Positions 7,464-16,283 of a DNA stretch of 31,636 bases are shown here, piece by piece. Source of the stretch: a virus (Duplodnaviria; Caudoviricetes); the IMG/VR virus record IMGVR_UViG_3300032212_000439, positions 1-31,636 of that record. One strand, given 5' to 3'. Both the position numbers and the translations under genes were made by a program. Positions within the stretch are counted from its first letter, which is position 1. Each line of letters begins with the position of its first letter. The notes beneath the pieces were generated by a model, which was not told the origin of the DNA, searched no databases, and was given only the letters and a program-made list of their open reading frames with translations.

Positions 7464-8370
7464 CGTACAGGTCGAACGCGGACACATCCGCCTAGCAAAT
7501 CAACTGTTCCGCGCGCTGTCGCTGGCGAAGCTGTCACCGGTCCAGCGTGACGTGCTGGCCGAGGCCGTCTGGCGTCAGTACGGCTGGGCAGACATGAAGG
7601 GAGCGCCCGAGCCGTTCCCCATGTCGCCCGCCGACGTTGCCCGCCGTGTCGGATGCACCCGGGAAAGCGCGTCGAGGGCCATCAACTCGCTCGCCTCGCT
7701 CCGCATCCTGTCGAAGGCTCCTGCCGGGTACCTCGTGGCGAAGGATTTCGACCTCTGGCGGTGCGGATTCAAGGCAGACCCGAGCGCCCCCGCGTGGCGT
7801 CCAGACCGTGACGAAACAGACACGGGCGTGACGAAACAGACACGCACACCGTGTCGAGATGATCACGGTGACCGTGACGAAATGGACACGGTGTGCGCGC
7901 CGAAAAGCACGCCAGCAGTTGTGTTTGCGGCACCCCTAGAACCAATGAGAACCAGAGAGAACCATTCCTCTTCTTCTGCGGGCGCGAGTGCGCCGGTTCC
8001 GACAGAGGACGCCAGCGAGAAGATCCACGCGCTCGTCGCTCGCCTCGGAGCTCTGACGCCTCGCCCCATCTCCTGGCCGAAGTGGGCCGGCATCGTGGAG
8101 CAGCCGACGAACGAGGTGGAGCAACTCATCACGTGGGCTCTCGGCCAGCAGCGGCCCGCCGACGCCTTCCTCAATTGCTTCGCGATGGACGGGACCATCA
8201 AGGCCCGCAAGCCGACGAAGACGACGGCCCGCCGAGGCCGGCGCCCGACGCCCTACGTCCAGCAGGAAGACGACCCGCGCTACTTCAAGCCAGGCGAGCC
8301 GATGCAAACGGCTGAGTCGCTGGCGTACATCGAGAAGCTGCGAGCGAAGCAGCAGGAGGAGGGGCGATGA
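7456..8370 (+). CDS. lambda O-like replication initiator
   Basis: N-terminal GHIRLANQLFRAL...WRQYGW matches the Phage_rep_O pattern, followed by an HTH; contains iterons; lies upstream of a DnaC-like gene. Confidence 0.85.
   Translation: MADVQVERGHIRLANQLFRALSLAKLSPVQRDVLAEAVWRQYGWADMKGAPEPFPMSPADVARRVGCTRESASRAINSLASLRILSKAPAGYLVAKDFDLWRCGFKADPSAPAWRPDRDETDTGVTKQTRTPCRDDHGDRDEMDTVCAPKSTPAVVFAAPLEPMRTRENHSSSSAGASAPVPTEDASEKIHALVARLGALTPRPISWPKWAGIVEQPTNEVEQLITWALGQQRPADAFLNCFAMDGTIKARKPTKTTARRGRRPTPYVQQEDDPRYFKPGEPMQTAESLAYIEKLRAKQQEEGR
7807..7964. repeat. putative replication origin: four iterons plus A-rich repeats
   Basis: CGTG-N10-CACG at 7807, 7827, 7850, 7873; AGAACCA at 7938, 7948, 7958. 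Confidence 0.85.
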
Positions 8371-9176
8371 CCCTGCGACCCATCAGCCCGCCGAGGTTCC
8401 GAGCTCCCGGCCTTGTCGATGACCGCCCGCCCGACGTGGACTGCATTGTCTGTGGAGAGCCTGTGCCGCCGTATGAGGCGCCCCGGGGTGGCTGGCTACC
8501 CCGGACAAGGCACGACGCCTGCCGAGTGCGCCAGCACGCCAGGGAGCGCGCCCTGGACATTGCGCGGGCCGGCGTCGAGTCGCTGCCACGGAAGCATCGC
8601 CACTTCTCGCTTCGACGCTGGGCGACGATGGCCGACACCGAGGCGCCCGCCGACGCACTCCGACTGCATGGCGGGAACGCGAAGGCCCACGGCATCCTGA
8701 GTGGTTGGGAGCCGGGACAGTCCGTCGTGGTTGAGGGTCCGACGGGGACCGGGAAGACGGCGCTCCTCGTCGCCTTCGCCCGTGACCAAATGCTGACGCT
8801 GACGCCGCAGGACACGACGCGGGCCGTCCGGTACTTCTCAGAGCCTGACTTGGCCGAGTTCCTAAAGACGAAGATGCTGTCGAAGTCGAAAGACGACTAC
8901 ATCGCCCGGGTTCTCAGCGGCCACGTGCTCGTCATTGACGATGTAGGGACAGCGCGAGTCACCGAGTGGTGGGATGCGACCTTCTCGGACCTGCTCGACC
9001 ACGCCTACCGGCAAGAGCGCACCATCGTGCTCAGCACGAACCTGCCCATCAAGGCACTCGGCCAGCACTACACGATTGCCGGCGACCGGATGCCCGAGAG
9101 GCTCCACGAGATGACCGGCCAGGGCTCGAGGTGGGTCACGGTCGGCGGCGTGAACTGGCGACGGGTGACGGCATGA
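8367..9176 (+). CDS. DnaC/IstB-like AAA+ helicase loader
   Basis: Walker A GPTGTGKT, Walker B VLVIDDVG, STNL, DRMPERL, N-terminal CxxC. Confidence 0.9.
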   Translation: MTLRPISPPRFRAPGLVDDRPPDVDCIVCGEPVPPYEAPRGGWLPRTRHDACRVRQHARERALDIARAGVESLPRKHRHFSLRRWATMADTEAPADALRLHGGNAKAHGILSGWEPGQSVVVEGPTGTGKTALLVAFARDQMLTLTPQDTTRAVRYFSEPDLAEFLKTKMLSKSKDDYIARVLSGHVLVIDDVGTARVTEWWDATFSDLLDHAYRQERTIVLSTNLPIKALGQHYTIAGDRMPERLHEMTGQGSRWVTVGGVNWRRVTA

Positions 9177-9832
9177 GGCTGCGAATGCTCGACCTGTTCT
9201 GCTGTGCCGGTGGCGCTGCCCGTGGGTATGCCTCGGCAGGCTGGGACCTCGTGGGCGTCGATATCGCCCCACAGCCGCGATACCCGTTCCGGTTTATCCA
9301 GGCCGACGCTGTGCGGTTGCTTCGGATGGCCCCGGGTCTCATCAGGGCGAACTTTGACGCCATCCACGCAAGCCCGCCGTGTCAGAGGTTCAGCCAATGC
9401 ACCCAGGTCAGCGGGAACGCTGATGATTGGCCCGACCTCGTCGCGCCTATCCGAGCGGGCCTGAAGGCTATTGGGCTCCCCTACGTGATCGAGAATGTTC
9501 CCGGCGCTCCCGTGCGTGGTGACCTCATTCTCGACGGAGCCGCTTTCGGCCTCGGTGTGCGCCGTCGCCGGTTGTTTGAACTCGGAGGCTGGTTCTGCAT
9601 GAGCCCGCCCCCGAATGTGCTCGGGTCAATGACGACCGGGCACTACGTCAGCGTCACGACAACCGCGACCCAGCAGAGCGACGGCAAAGGCTGGGCGGTG
9701 AGCCGAGGGAAGGCTGTCGGGTTGCAGGCGATGGGTCTTGCTGGCGCGGAGATGACGCACCACGAGCTCGGGGAGGCAATCCCACCCGCCTACACCAATT
9801 ACATCGGTGAGCGCCTGAGGAGCCGGCTGTGA
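9173..9832 (+). CDS. C5-cytosine DNA methyltransferase, short phage type
   Basis: DLFCCAGG, HASPPCQ, IENV, RRRLFE and GEAIPP motifs; ATGA-coupled start at 9173. Confidence 0.9.
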   Translation: MRLRMLDLFCCAGGAARGYASAGWDLVGVDIAPQPRYPFRFIQADAVRLLRMAPGLIRANFDAIHASPPCQRFSQCTQVSGNADDWPDLVAPIRAGLKAIGLPYVIENVPGAPVRGDLILDGAAFGLGVRRRRLFELGGWFCMSPPPNVLGSMTTGHYVSVTTTATQQSDGKGWAVSRGKAVGLQAMGLAGAEMTHHELGEAIPPAYTNYIGERLRSRL

Positions 9833-10140
9833 CCCTGCCCACCTCATCCCCATCCTGGCATCGCCAGCGAACCCCGACGAGCGGCGCAGTAGCCGCCGCC
9901 TGCGCGCCTCGGGCCGTCATCCCCGCGTCCATGTGGCGGGCTGACGAAAACCTCGCCTGGGAGTGGCTGACGTACCTCGGCGGCTCTGTCCGCGTGGCTG
10001 ACCTTGCCCGCGAGATGGGATGCGACGAGCACCGAGCGTGGACGGCCTGCATGCGCCTGCTGTGGCGCGGCGGCGTGACCTTTGAGCCTGGCCGCACCTG
10101 GCGGGCCGTGGATTCATTCGACAAGGAGGAGAGACGATGA
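9829..10140 (+). CDS. hypothetical protein with possible winged HTH
   Basis: VRVADLAREMGCDEHRAWTACMRLLWRGGV; GTGA coupling. Confidence 0.55.
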   Translation: MTLPTSSPSWHRQRTPTSGAVAAACAPRAVIPASMWRADENLAWEWLTYLGGSVRVADLAREMGCDEHRAWTACMRLLWRGGVTFEPGRTWRAVDSFDKEERR

Positions 10141-10622
10141 CTGTGTACATCAAAGCGACAGCGGACCTGCTCGCAGGCTGTGACAAGAACGCCATCGAAT
10201 GCGTGGAGCGCGGCGGAGGAGGCAGGGCGCTTGTCTTTGCCCAGGAGGGCGCCCGGTTCCGCTACTACGTGCCCACGCTCCGCATGGAGTACACCTGCAA
10301 GCCGAAAGACCTGCTCTTCGCGCTCGACACCACCGACCGAATGAGCGTGGCCGCCCGCGTGCTCGCTACGCGCCTGGGGCTGGAGTGCGGGGCGACGGCG
10401 CCGGGGTGGTTCTACTGGTGCTACCCGGAGGGCAACTTCTGGAGCCTCGGCAATGCCGCGGTGTTCTGCTCAACGGAGGGCGCGTGGATGAAGATTCGGC
10501 GGGTCAACGGCCTTGCGGAAGTGCCGTGCGCCGTGACGCCGGGGATCTCCATTGAGCGGGACCCCGCCGAAGCCATGCGGCTGGCGCTGGATGCAACCGA
10601 AACCATGGAGGCGAGACGATGA
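10137..10622 (+). CDS. hypothetical protein
   Basis: AAGGAGG RBS; ATGA overlaps at both ends. Confidence 0.7.
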   Translation: MTVYIKATADLLAGCDKNAIECVERGGGGRALVFAQEGARFRYYVPTLRMEYTCKPKDLLFALDTTDRMSVAARVLATRLGLECGATAPGWFYWCYPEGNFWSLGNAAVFCSTEGAWMKIRRVNGLAEVPCAVTPGISIERDPAEAMRLALDATETMEARR

Positions 10623-11071
10623 CTGACGACGAAATGAAGGCAGCGCAGGCGCGGTGCGATGCGCTGCCCAAGGGCGACTGGTGCCACGGTCCGCTCGGAC
10701 CGCGTGTGGTGTGCTCGGGAGACTTCGGGTCGACGGGTCCCGACTATCCAGATCCCCCGTTCTTCGAGCCTGTCTGCGAGATTGGCGGCGACGATGCGGA
10801 TGGCAATCCGAACCCGCTCGCGGTGGCCGCTTGCGACTTCATCGCCAACGCCCGCACGGACCTCCCCGCCGCGCTGGCCGAGGTGCGGCGTATCCGCTGG
10901 GCTGAATGGCCACCGCCTGAGTCTGGCGTGGCTGTGGTGTTCACCCGCGACGACCATCAGGACCCCGCTGAGTTTGGCGTGCGGTTCGCTGATGCTGACG
11001 GAGGCTGGGTCAACTGCGGGTGTGACGACTCGACTCCGACTCATTGGGTCGACGCAGAGGCCCTCCGATGA
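10619..11071 (+). CDS. Ead/Ea22-like protein with DUF551-like C-terminus
   Basis: DFIANARTDLPAALAEVRR helix and W..PP...PTHW pattern. Confidence 0.6.
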   Translation: MTDDEMKAAQARCDALPKGDWCHGPLGPRVVCSGDFGSTGPDYPDPPFFEPVCEIGGDDADGNPNPLAVAACDFIANARTDLPAALAEVRRIRWAEWPPPESGVAVVFTRDDHQDPAEFGVRFADADGGWVNCGCDDSTPTHWVDAEALR

Positions 11072-11472
11072 CCGCGCCAGACGGCTACAGCGCCGAGGAG
11101 TGGGCGAGCATTCAGGCGAACTACAGCGTGTCAGTGGGGCTGATGGAGGACGACTGGCAGACGGGGCCGTTGCCGGAAGGGGGCGAGGGGGCGGTGATTG
11201 ATGGGCTCGCGCCGTGGATGAATGAGCCCATGCGGGCGACATGGCGTGACGGCCGCTGGTGGTCTTGTGGCAGGCCAGTTGGGAAGACCACTGCCTCCCT
11301 CCGCTGGCGCTGGGTCACGAAGCCCGCCGAGGCGCAGGAGACGCAAGATGAGTTCGAGGGCGACTACCACGTCACCGCGAAGACGGGCCCGACACTTACC
11401 ACTGGGAGACTGGAGTGCCTCCGTGACCGACGACCAGCGCGAGCAGTACGAAGAGCGGGCGGCAATCGCTGA
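11068..11472 (+). CDS. Trp-rich hypothetical protein
   Basis: ATGA-coupled start at 11068; 3' end overlaps the next ORF by 50 nt. Confidence 0.55.
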   Translation: MTAPDGYSAEEWASIQANYSVSVGLMEDDWQTGPLPEGGEGAVIDGLAPWMNEPMRATWRDGRWWSCGRPVGKTTASLRWRWVTKPAEAQETQDEFEGDYHVTAKTGPTLTTGRLECLRDRRPARAVRRAGGNR

Positions 11473-11566
11473 GTACGACGGAGGCCTCAGCAGGCAGGAT
11501 GCGGAAGAGATGGCGAAGAGGGAGATTAGTGGCGTCAAGCAGCGTGCCAACGCGGGCGAGAAGTGA
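11423..11566 (+). CDS. small phage protein with EERAAI-EYDGGLSR motif
   Basis: GGAG RBS then GTG; EERAAIAEYDGGLSRQDAE is a recurrent small phage-protein motif. Confidence 0.7.
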   Translation: MTDDQREQYEERAAIAEYDGGLSRQDAEEMAKREISGVKQRANAGEK

Positions 11567-11685
11567 CAAAGAGGGTGTGTGCCGGAAAAAAATGGGCCCC
11601 GGTGGCGAAGCGCCTGTCCACTTTCGCGCGCGAAAACCCAATGGAATCAGGCTCGTTACGCACGCGCAACTATAAGGAGAAGGTG

Positions 11686-11967
11686 ATGAAGGTGGGCTGG
11701 GTCTTGTTGCCTGACCTGAGCTTGGAGACGAAAGAGCAGGCCGCTGCACGCCTGTTCGGCGTGCGATGGGAGACGGACCTGGGCTATCGGCGGTGGCCAG
11801 AGCACATCCCCGAGGAGTGCCGCGACCTCGAGATCAGGGATACGCGTGGCGGGTACTGGCGAGGGTATGCGGCTGGAGATGGTCTGCTGTGGACTGACTG
11901 CGGGATGGAATTGCCAGGGGGCCCGTACTGGTGGCGCCCGGTCCCGACAGTCATGGAGAGAGACTGA
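11686..11967 (+). CDS. Trp-rich hypothetical protein
   Basis: AAGGAG RBS before GTG11683/ATG11686; the longer 11563 start is less likely. Confidence 0.55.
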   Translation: MKVGWVLLPDLSLETKEQAAARLFGVRWETDLGYRRWPEHIPEECRDLEIRDTRGGYWRGYAAGDGLLWTDCGMELPGGPYWWRPVPTVMERD

Positions 11968-12028
11968 TCCGGCTAGCGCTTCGCACAGTGCTCTCGGCCC
12001 TTCCGGGCCAGCGAGTCACACAGGCAAG

Positions 12029-12053
12029 AGACGCCCGCTTCGCGGTGGCGTCT
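12029..12053 (+). terminator. GC hairpin, possible terminator of the early operon
   Basis: AGACGC-CCGC-TTC-GCGG-TG-GCGTCT; weak U-tract. Confidence 0.35.
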
Positions 12054-12080
12054 TCTAGGGTAGCGAGATTGTCAAGCTCC

Positions 12081-12103
12081 GTTCGGTGTTTGTGCGGTAG
12101 TAT
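12081..12103 (+). promoter_or_regulatory. late promoter box 1 with -10 element (terS)
   Basis: GTTCGGTGTTTGTGCGGTA overlapping TAGTAT; ATG follows 6 nt later. Confidence 0.7.
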
Positions 12104-12109
12104 CTGAGA

Positions 12110-12487
12110 ATGGCTAACCAGCATGGGCACCCCACCAAGGGCGCAGTAGACGAGCAGGACTTGCGGACGCGCGCTGAGGCGCACATCGCTATCACGTCCA
12201 TCTCAGACGACCTCATCGCCATTGAGGCTCAGATCGCAGAGCTCGCGATGGTCATCGAGGGCGCGAAGGCTGACCGAACGCACACACCGCTTGCCCGGCT
12301 CCTGTCGGACATGCGGGCGCTTCAGGACAAGGCGCGAGGCATACGCGCCGACGAGGCCGCGAAGGCCAGCGCAAGCCGGGAGATGCGGATTGAGCGCCTG
12401 TTGATGACGCTTCCGAAGCTGCCGCACCACGCGCAAGAGCGCGCCCTCGAGATCCTCAAGGGTCAGCGTGTGTCGGTGACGCACTAG
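12110..12487 (+). CDS. putative terminase small subunit
   Basis: 125-aa helical protein directly upstream of terL (positional call). Confidence 0.55.
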   Translation: MANQHGHPTKGAVDEQDLRTRAEAHIAITSISDDLIAIEAQIAELAMVIEGAKADRTHTPLARLLSDMRALQDKARGIRADEAAKASASREMRIERLLMTLPKLPHHAQERALEILKGQRVSVTH

Positions 12488-12489
12488 GT

Positions 12490-13944
12490 GTGGACGAAGC
12501 AGACCTCGACTGCCTCCTAGATGACCTCGAGTGGCTCGCAGACGACGCCGAGGCGAACCCCCTAGCGCATATCAGGTGGACCCCTCCGCAGGCTGAGTTC
12601 CTCGCCATGGAGCAGCCCGTTGCGATGTTCCGGAGCGGGAACCAGCTCGGCAAGACCACCGTGGGCATCGCGAAGAAGCTCGAATTCGCGCGGGCCCAGA
12701 AGCGGACCGGTGAGACGTGGATTGTCTGCACGTCCTGGTCACAGTCCGTCTCGATCATGCGGAAGTTCCACGCGCTGTGCCCCGTCGAGTGGGTGGACGC
12801 CAGGCGCTCGAGCAACTTCAACGAGCGGAGCGGGTACGGCAAGGACAACCCCGCGGTGGTGACGACGTGGGGGTGGGTCTTCCGCTTCCGCACGACGAAC
12901 CAGGGCCCCGAGGCGCTCCAGGGCGCGACCATTGATGACGTGCTGATCGATGAGCCCACGGCGCAAGGCATCTTCCGCGAGCTCGAGCGCCGCGTGATGC
13001 GTACTGGCGGGCGGATCGATATGACGATGACGCCAGCAAACCGGGACTGCACCTGGCAACGGGAGATGGTGGAGGGCGGGCTGATTGCCGAGGTCCACGC
13101 CCGGCTGACGGTCGAGAACCTCACCCCTGTGGGCTCTAGCGAGCCGCTCAGGCTCCTCGACGGGACTCTGATGGATGAGGACTGGATCGCGGACCAGTGG
13201 CGCAAGACGCCCGCGCTCTACGCCGGCGTGGTCCTCGACGGCGATTGGGAGATGCGCTTTGACGGCGCCATCCTCTCCGCGTTCGATGAGGACAAGAACG
13301 TGATGCGCCTGGCGAAGAACCACGAGGTGTTCTCCGAGGGGTATTGGGCCGTTGGCATCGACTACGCCGCCGCGCCTCGAGACTTCGGCCAGGTTGCGGC
13401 CCTGCTGCGCGTGCGGCCCTGGGTGGACGACAAAGGGCACCCCCGAGAGGCTGTGCATCAGATTGACGAGGTCGTCATGCGCGGCGTCACATCGAACCGC
13501 GAGTTTGTGCGCGGGCGCCCCCACGGGCTGCTGACGATGCTGGCGCGTCACGGCCTGCAGTGGCGGGACCTCGACTTCGCCCATGGCGACAACCCGGTCC
13601 GAGCGAAGTACGTCATCAGGTCGAACATCGAGACGATGCAGGTGATCGCCCGCGAGCTCGGGCGCACGAGTCACAAGAGCCTGAGCCCCCGCATTCTGTC
13701 CGCGAAGGAGAACCAGCGGTCAGCCGGGATGGTGGACACGGGCGTCCGGTACCTGAACGAGGCGATGGCCGACCAGTTCTTCACCATCGACCCGCGCTGC
13801 GTGCTGACGATTGACGCGATCAAGACGTGGGACGGGACGACAACGCATCCGTCTAAGGACCGTGTAGACGCCATCCGGTATGCGCTGAAGCCGTGGGTCT
13901 TCCCGCGTGGCTCCCGTTCGAGGGCGCGCCTCATCGTGGCTTAG
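12490..13944 (+). CDS. terL: terminase large subunit
   Basis: Q motif TPPQ, Walker A GNQLGKT, Walker B VLIDEP, coupling motif TMTP, nuclease GIDY and DRVDAIRYA. Confidence 0.92.
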   Translation: MDEADLDCLLDDLEWLADDAEANPLAHIRWTPPQAEFLAMEQPVAMFRSGNQLGKTTVGIAKKLEFARAQKRTGETWIVCTSWSQSVSIMRKFHALCPVEWVDARRSSNFNERSGYGKDNPAVVTTWGWVFRFRTTNQGPEALQGATIDDVLIDEPTAQGIFRELERRVMRTGGRIDMTMTPANRDCTWQREMVEGGLIAEVHARLTVENLTPVGSSEPLRLLDGTLMDEDWIADQWRKTPALYAGVVLDGDWEMRFDGAILSAFDEDKNVMRLAKNHEVFSEGYWAVGIDYAAAPRDFGQVAALLRVRPWVDDKGHPREAVHQIDEVVMRGVTSNREFVRGRPHGLLTMLARHGLQWRDLDFAHGDNPVRAKYVIRSNIETMQVIARELGRTSHKSLSPRILSAKENQRSAGMVDTGVRYLNEAMADQFFTIDPRCVLTIDAIKTWDGTTTHPSKDRVDAIRYALKPWVFPRGSRSRARLIVA

Positions 13945-14130
13945 GGTGCGCGTGGCGCTGGGTAACGATCCCAGGCGCCCAGCTCGATTACAGCCTCTGC
14001 CTCCGCGAGCCTTGTCGGTCGGACCTTTTCTGAGCCGACCCCGCCGCGGGTACTAGACGTAGTGACCTTCACCGCCACGCGCCTTGCGACAGTAGCAGGC
14101 GCCAACCCTGGCGCACATTCCCGCTAGACC

Positions 14131-14153
14131 GTTCGGTATTTGTTCGGTACGTT
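14131..14153 (+). promoter_or_regulatory. late promoter box 2 with -10 element (portal)
   Basis: GTTCGGTATTTGTTCGGTA overlapping TACGTT; ATG 14161 follows 7 nt later; TAGACC at the -35 position. Confidence 0.7.
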
Positions 14154-14160
14154 GGCGCGG

Positions 14161-15534
14161 ATGCTGACCGTGGTGCCCCCTTCTCCGAAGGACCCGAACG
14201 AAGTGCTGCGCTGGGAACACACCCGGCTTCGGCGCCGCCTTCTGTACTCCTGCCACGGCGAAGACCTCCGCAAGCGCATCGAGCGCAACGCCGGCCCGGT
14301 CCGCGCAGCGAAGTGGGGCGACCCAGACCTGACGGCGAATGCCTTCGTGGCTCTCTGGGGTCAGGTGGCCGCGCTCTACAACGAGGCGCCGAAGGCCCAC
14401 GGAGACGAAGCCCTCCTCGAGATGGTGGAAGACGCCGGCTACTGGCCCCTAATGCAGCGGGTACAGCGCGACACCCTCGGTCTCCGCGAGATGCACATGC
14501 GCCTTGACGTGGTCGAGGGCCGGCTCGTGGTGCGGCCCGTCTTCCCTGACCTGGTCGAGTGCGGAGTGCGGGAGCGGGACCCACGGACGCCCGTGTGGCT
14601 CTGCGAGTCCGTGCCGCACGGCAACGAGTGGGTGCGCCTCATCGCCAACGTGGAAGACCCCAAAGCGCCGTTCTACCTCGCTGAGAACACAAGCGGGCAG
14701 GACATCAGCGAAGAGGTAATTGGCTCGCCTGCCCTGCGCGGGGATGACTACCCCTTCCGCTACGCCGACGGGACGCCCTTCATCCCGTACCAGACGTACC
14801 ACGCTGCCGAGACGGGCCGGCTTTATGACCCGTACACGATGCGGGAGGTGGTCGAAGGCTCCCTGAACATCGGCATGGGGATGACGTACTTTTGGCACGT
14901 CACCCGCGATGCCGCCTTCTCGCTCCGGTACGCATTCGGCATCGACATTGCCGGCGCCGCAGCTGACGGAGACACGGGCGCCCGGGAGCTCGTCGCAGAC
15001 CCAGCTGTTCTGCTTCAAGGGTCGTTCGACCCCGACGGCAGCGGTCAGCCCCTCGTCGGGCAGTGGGCGATCCCCGTCGAGCCCGCGAAGATTCTGGATG
15101 CCGTCCTCGGCTACGAGCGGCGCATCCTGTTGATGGCTGGCCTGGCCCCGCCCGACGTGTCCCGGCAGGAGGCCGACGTTCGGTCGGGCTACTCGTTGGC
15201 GGTTCAGCGCGAGGACATTCGGCGGCAGCAGGTCGTCTATGAGCCGATGTTCCGGCAGGCGGATCTGGGCTTTCTGCGGATGGCGGCTGCGATGCTGAAC
15301 CGCGACGCTGGCGAGATGAAGTACGCCGAGGACGGGTACCGGTTGGAATACCAGGGCCTGCCAGCTTCACCCCTTGAGGAGAAGGCGCGGCGCGAGTCGC
15401 TCTACGAAGACCTCGAGCGCGGGATGCTGGCCCCCCAGGACGTGTACATGGAGCTCAACCCGGGCGTTTCGTTTGAGGAGGCCGACGCGGCGCTCCTCCG
15501 AAATGCCGAACAGCGGCGCCGTTTCTCGGCGTAA
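14161..15534 (+). CDS. portal protein
   Basis: 457 aa, between terL and scaffold/capsid; RSGYSL pattern like the SG.AL of SPP1-type portals. Confidence 0.75.
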   Translation: MLTVVPPSPKDPNEVLRWEHTRLRRRLLYSCHGEDLRKRIERNAGPVRAAKWGDPDLTANAFVALWGQVAALYNEAPKAHGDEALLEMVEDAGYWPLMQRVQRDTLGLREMHMRLDVVEGRLVVRPVFPDLVECGVRERDPRTPVWLCESVPHGNEWVRLIANVEDPKAPFYLAENTSGQDISEEVIGSPALRGDDYPFRYADGTPFIPYQTYHAAETGRLYDPYTMREVVEGSLNIGMGMTYFWHVTRDAAFSLRYAFGIDIAGAAADGDTGARELVADPAVLLQGSFDPDGSGQPLVGQWAIPVEPAKILDAVLGYERRILLMAGLAPPDVSRQEADVRSGYSLAVQREDIRRQQVVYEPMFRQADLGFLRMAAAMLNRDAGEMKYAEDGYRLEYQGLPASPLEEKARRESLYEDLERGMLAPQDVYMELNPGVSFEEADAALLRNAEQRRRFSA

Positions 15535-15543
15535 GGAGGAGTC

Positions 15544-16152
15544 ATGTCGGAAGAGGGTGGCGAGGAAGGCGGCGCAGGCGGCGGCGAAGAGCGGGAGCCC
15601 GTTCCCTACAAGCGGTTCCAGGGCGTCGTCGCGAAGAAGAACGAGCTCGCCAGCCGGGTCAAGGAACTCGAGGGCGAGATCCAGTCTCTGTCCGAGAAGG
15701 GCGCCACGGTGGACAGCATCAACGCCCGTTTCACCGAAGCCGAGACTGGCTACAAGTCGCAGATCTCCAAGCTGCAGGAGTCCTTGCAACTCTCGGACAA
15801 CGGCATCCGCGACGAGGACGGGCGAGACATCGCGCGGCTCTACTTCGGACGCGAGGACAAGGCCACCCGGGAGAAGGGGATTGGCGCCTGGCTCAGCCAG
15901 TTCACCGGAGAAGAGGGCGCACCTGAGCCCCCGAAGGCCCTGGGCATCTTCCTGCCGAAGAGCGCGCCCGCAGCCCCCGAGACTCCGAAGGGTGGGGGCT
16001 TCCCGCGCCCCCCTCGTCCTGGTACTCAGGGCCCCGCCAGCGGCGGCGGTGTGGACAAGGCGGCGGTGCATCAGGCCCTTGCGAATGGCGACCGGACAGC
16101 CTTCCTCCAGATGGTTCCTGGCCTCTCGGACTTGCTGAAGCCCGCGGGCTGA
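15544..16152 (+). CDS. capsid scaffolding protein
   Basis: Acidic N-terminus, VPYKRF followed by coiled coil, Pro/Gly-rich tail; directly upstream of the capsid gene; AAGGAGG RBS. Confidence 0.75.
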   Translation: MSEEGGEEGGAGGGEEREPVPYKRFQGVVAKKNELASRVKELEGEIQSLSEKGATVDSINARFTEAETGYKSQISKLQESLQLSDNGIRDEDGRDIARLYFGREDKATREKGIGAWLSQFTGEEGAPEPPKALGIFLPKSAPAAPETPKGGGFPRPPRPGTQGPASGGGVDKAAVHQALANGDRTAFLQMVPGLSDLLKPAG

Positions 16153-16166
16153 CTGTAAAGGAATCG

Positions 16167-16196
16167 TTGACGCGCACGCCGCTGAGTGTGTAGCGT
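16167..16196 (+). promoter_or_regulatory. sigma70-type promoter for the capsid gene
   Basis: TTGACG-18nt-TAGCGT. Confidence 0.55.
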
Positions 16197-16209
16197 CACA
16201 ATCGAATCA

Positions 16210-16280
16210 CGCCCACCTCGGGCTCGGCCACCGTCAACGGCCGTCAGAGGGCGAACACAAACGCCTCACTGACGGAGCCT
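16210..16280 (+). promoter_or_regulatory. structured capsid 5' leader overlapping the RBS
   Basis: CCGTCA occurs twice and each copy is complementary to TGACGG next to the GGAG RBS; CGGCC/GGCCG and CCTC/GAGG stems. Confidence 0.5.
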
Positions 16281-16283
16281 CAA

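Noticed and set aside
7807-7890. Short repeats as a mini CRISPR array
   Set aside because: Spacers are only 2-5 nt, the repeats lie inside the initiator CDS and there are no cas genes; iterons fit better
14131-14153. Late box as an actinobacterial PafBC (RecA-NDp) promoter
   Set aside because: That consensus is TGTCGG-N10-TA; here it is GTTCGG-N11-TA with a second repeat, so both sequence and spacing differ
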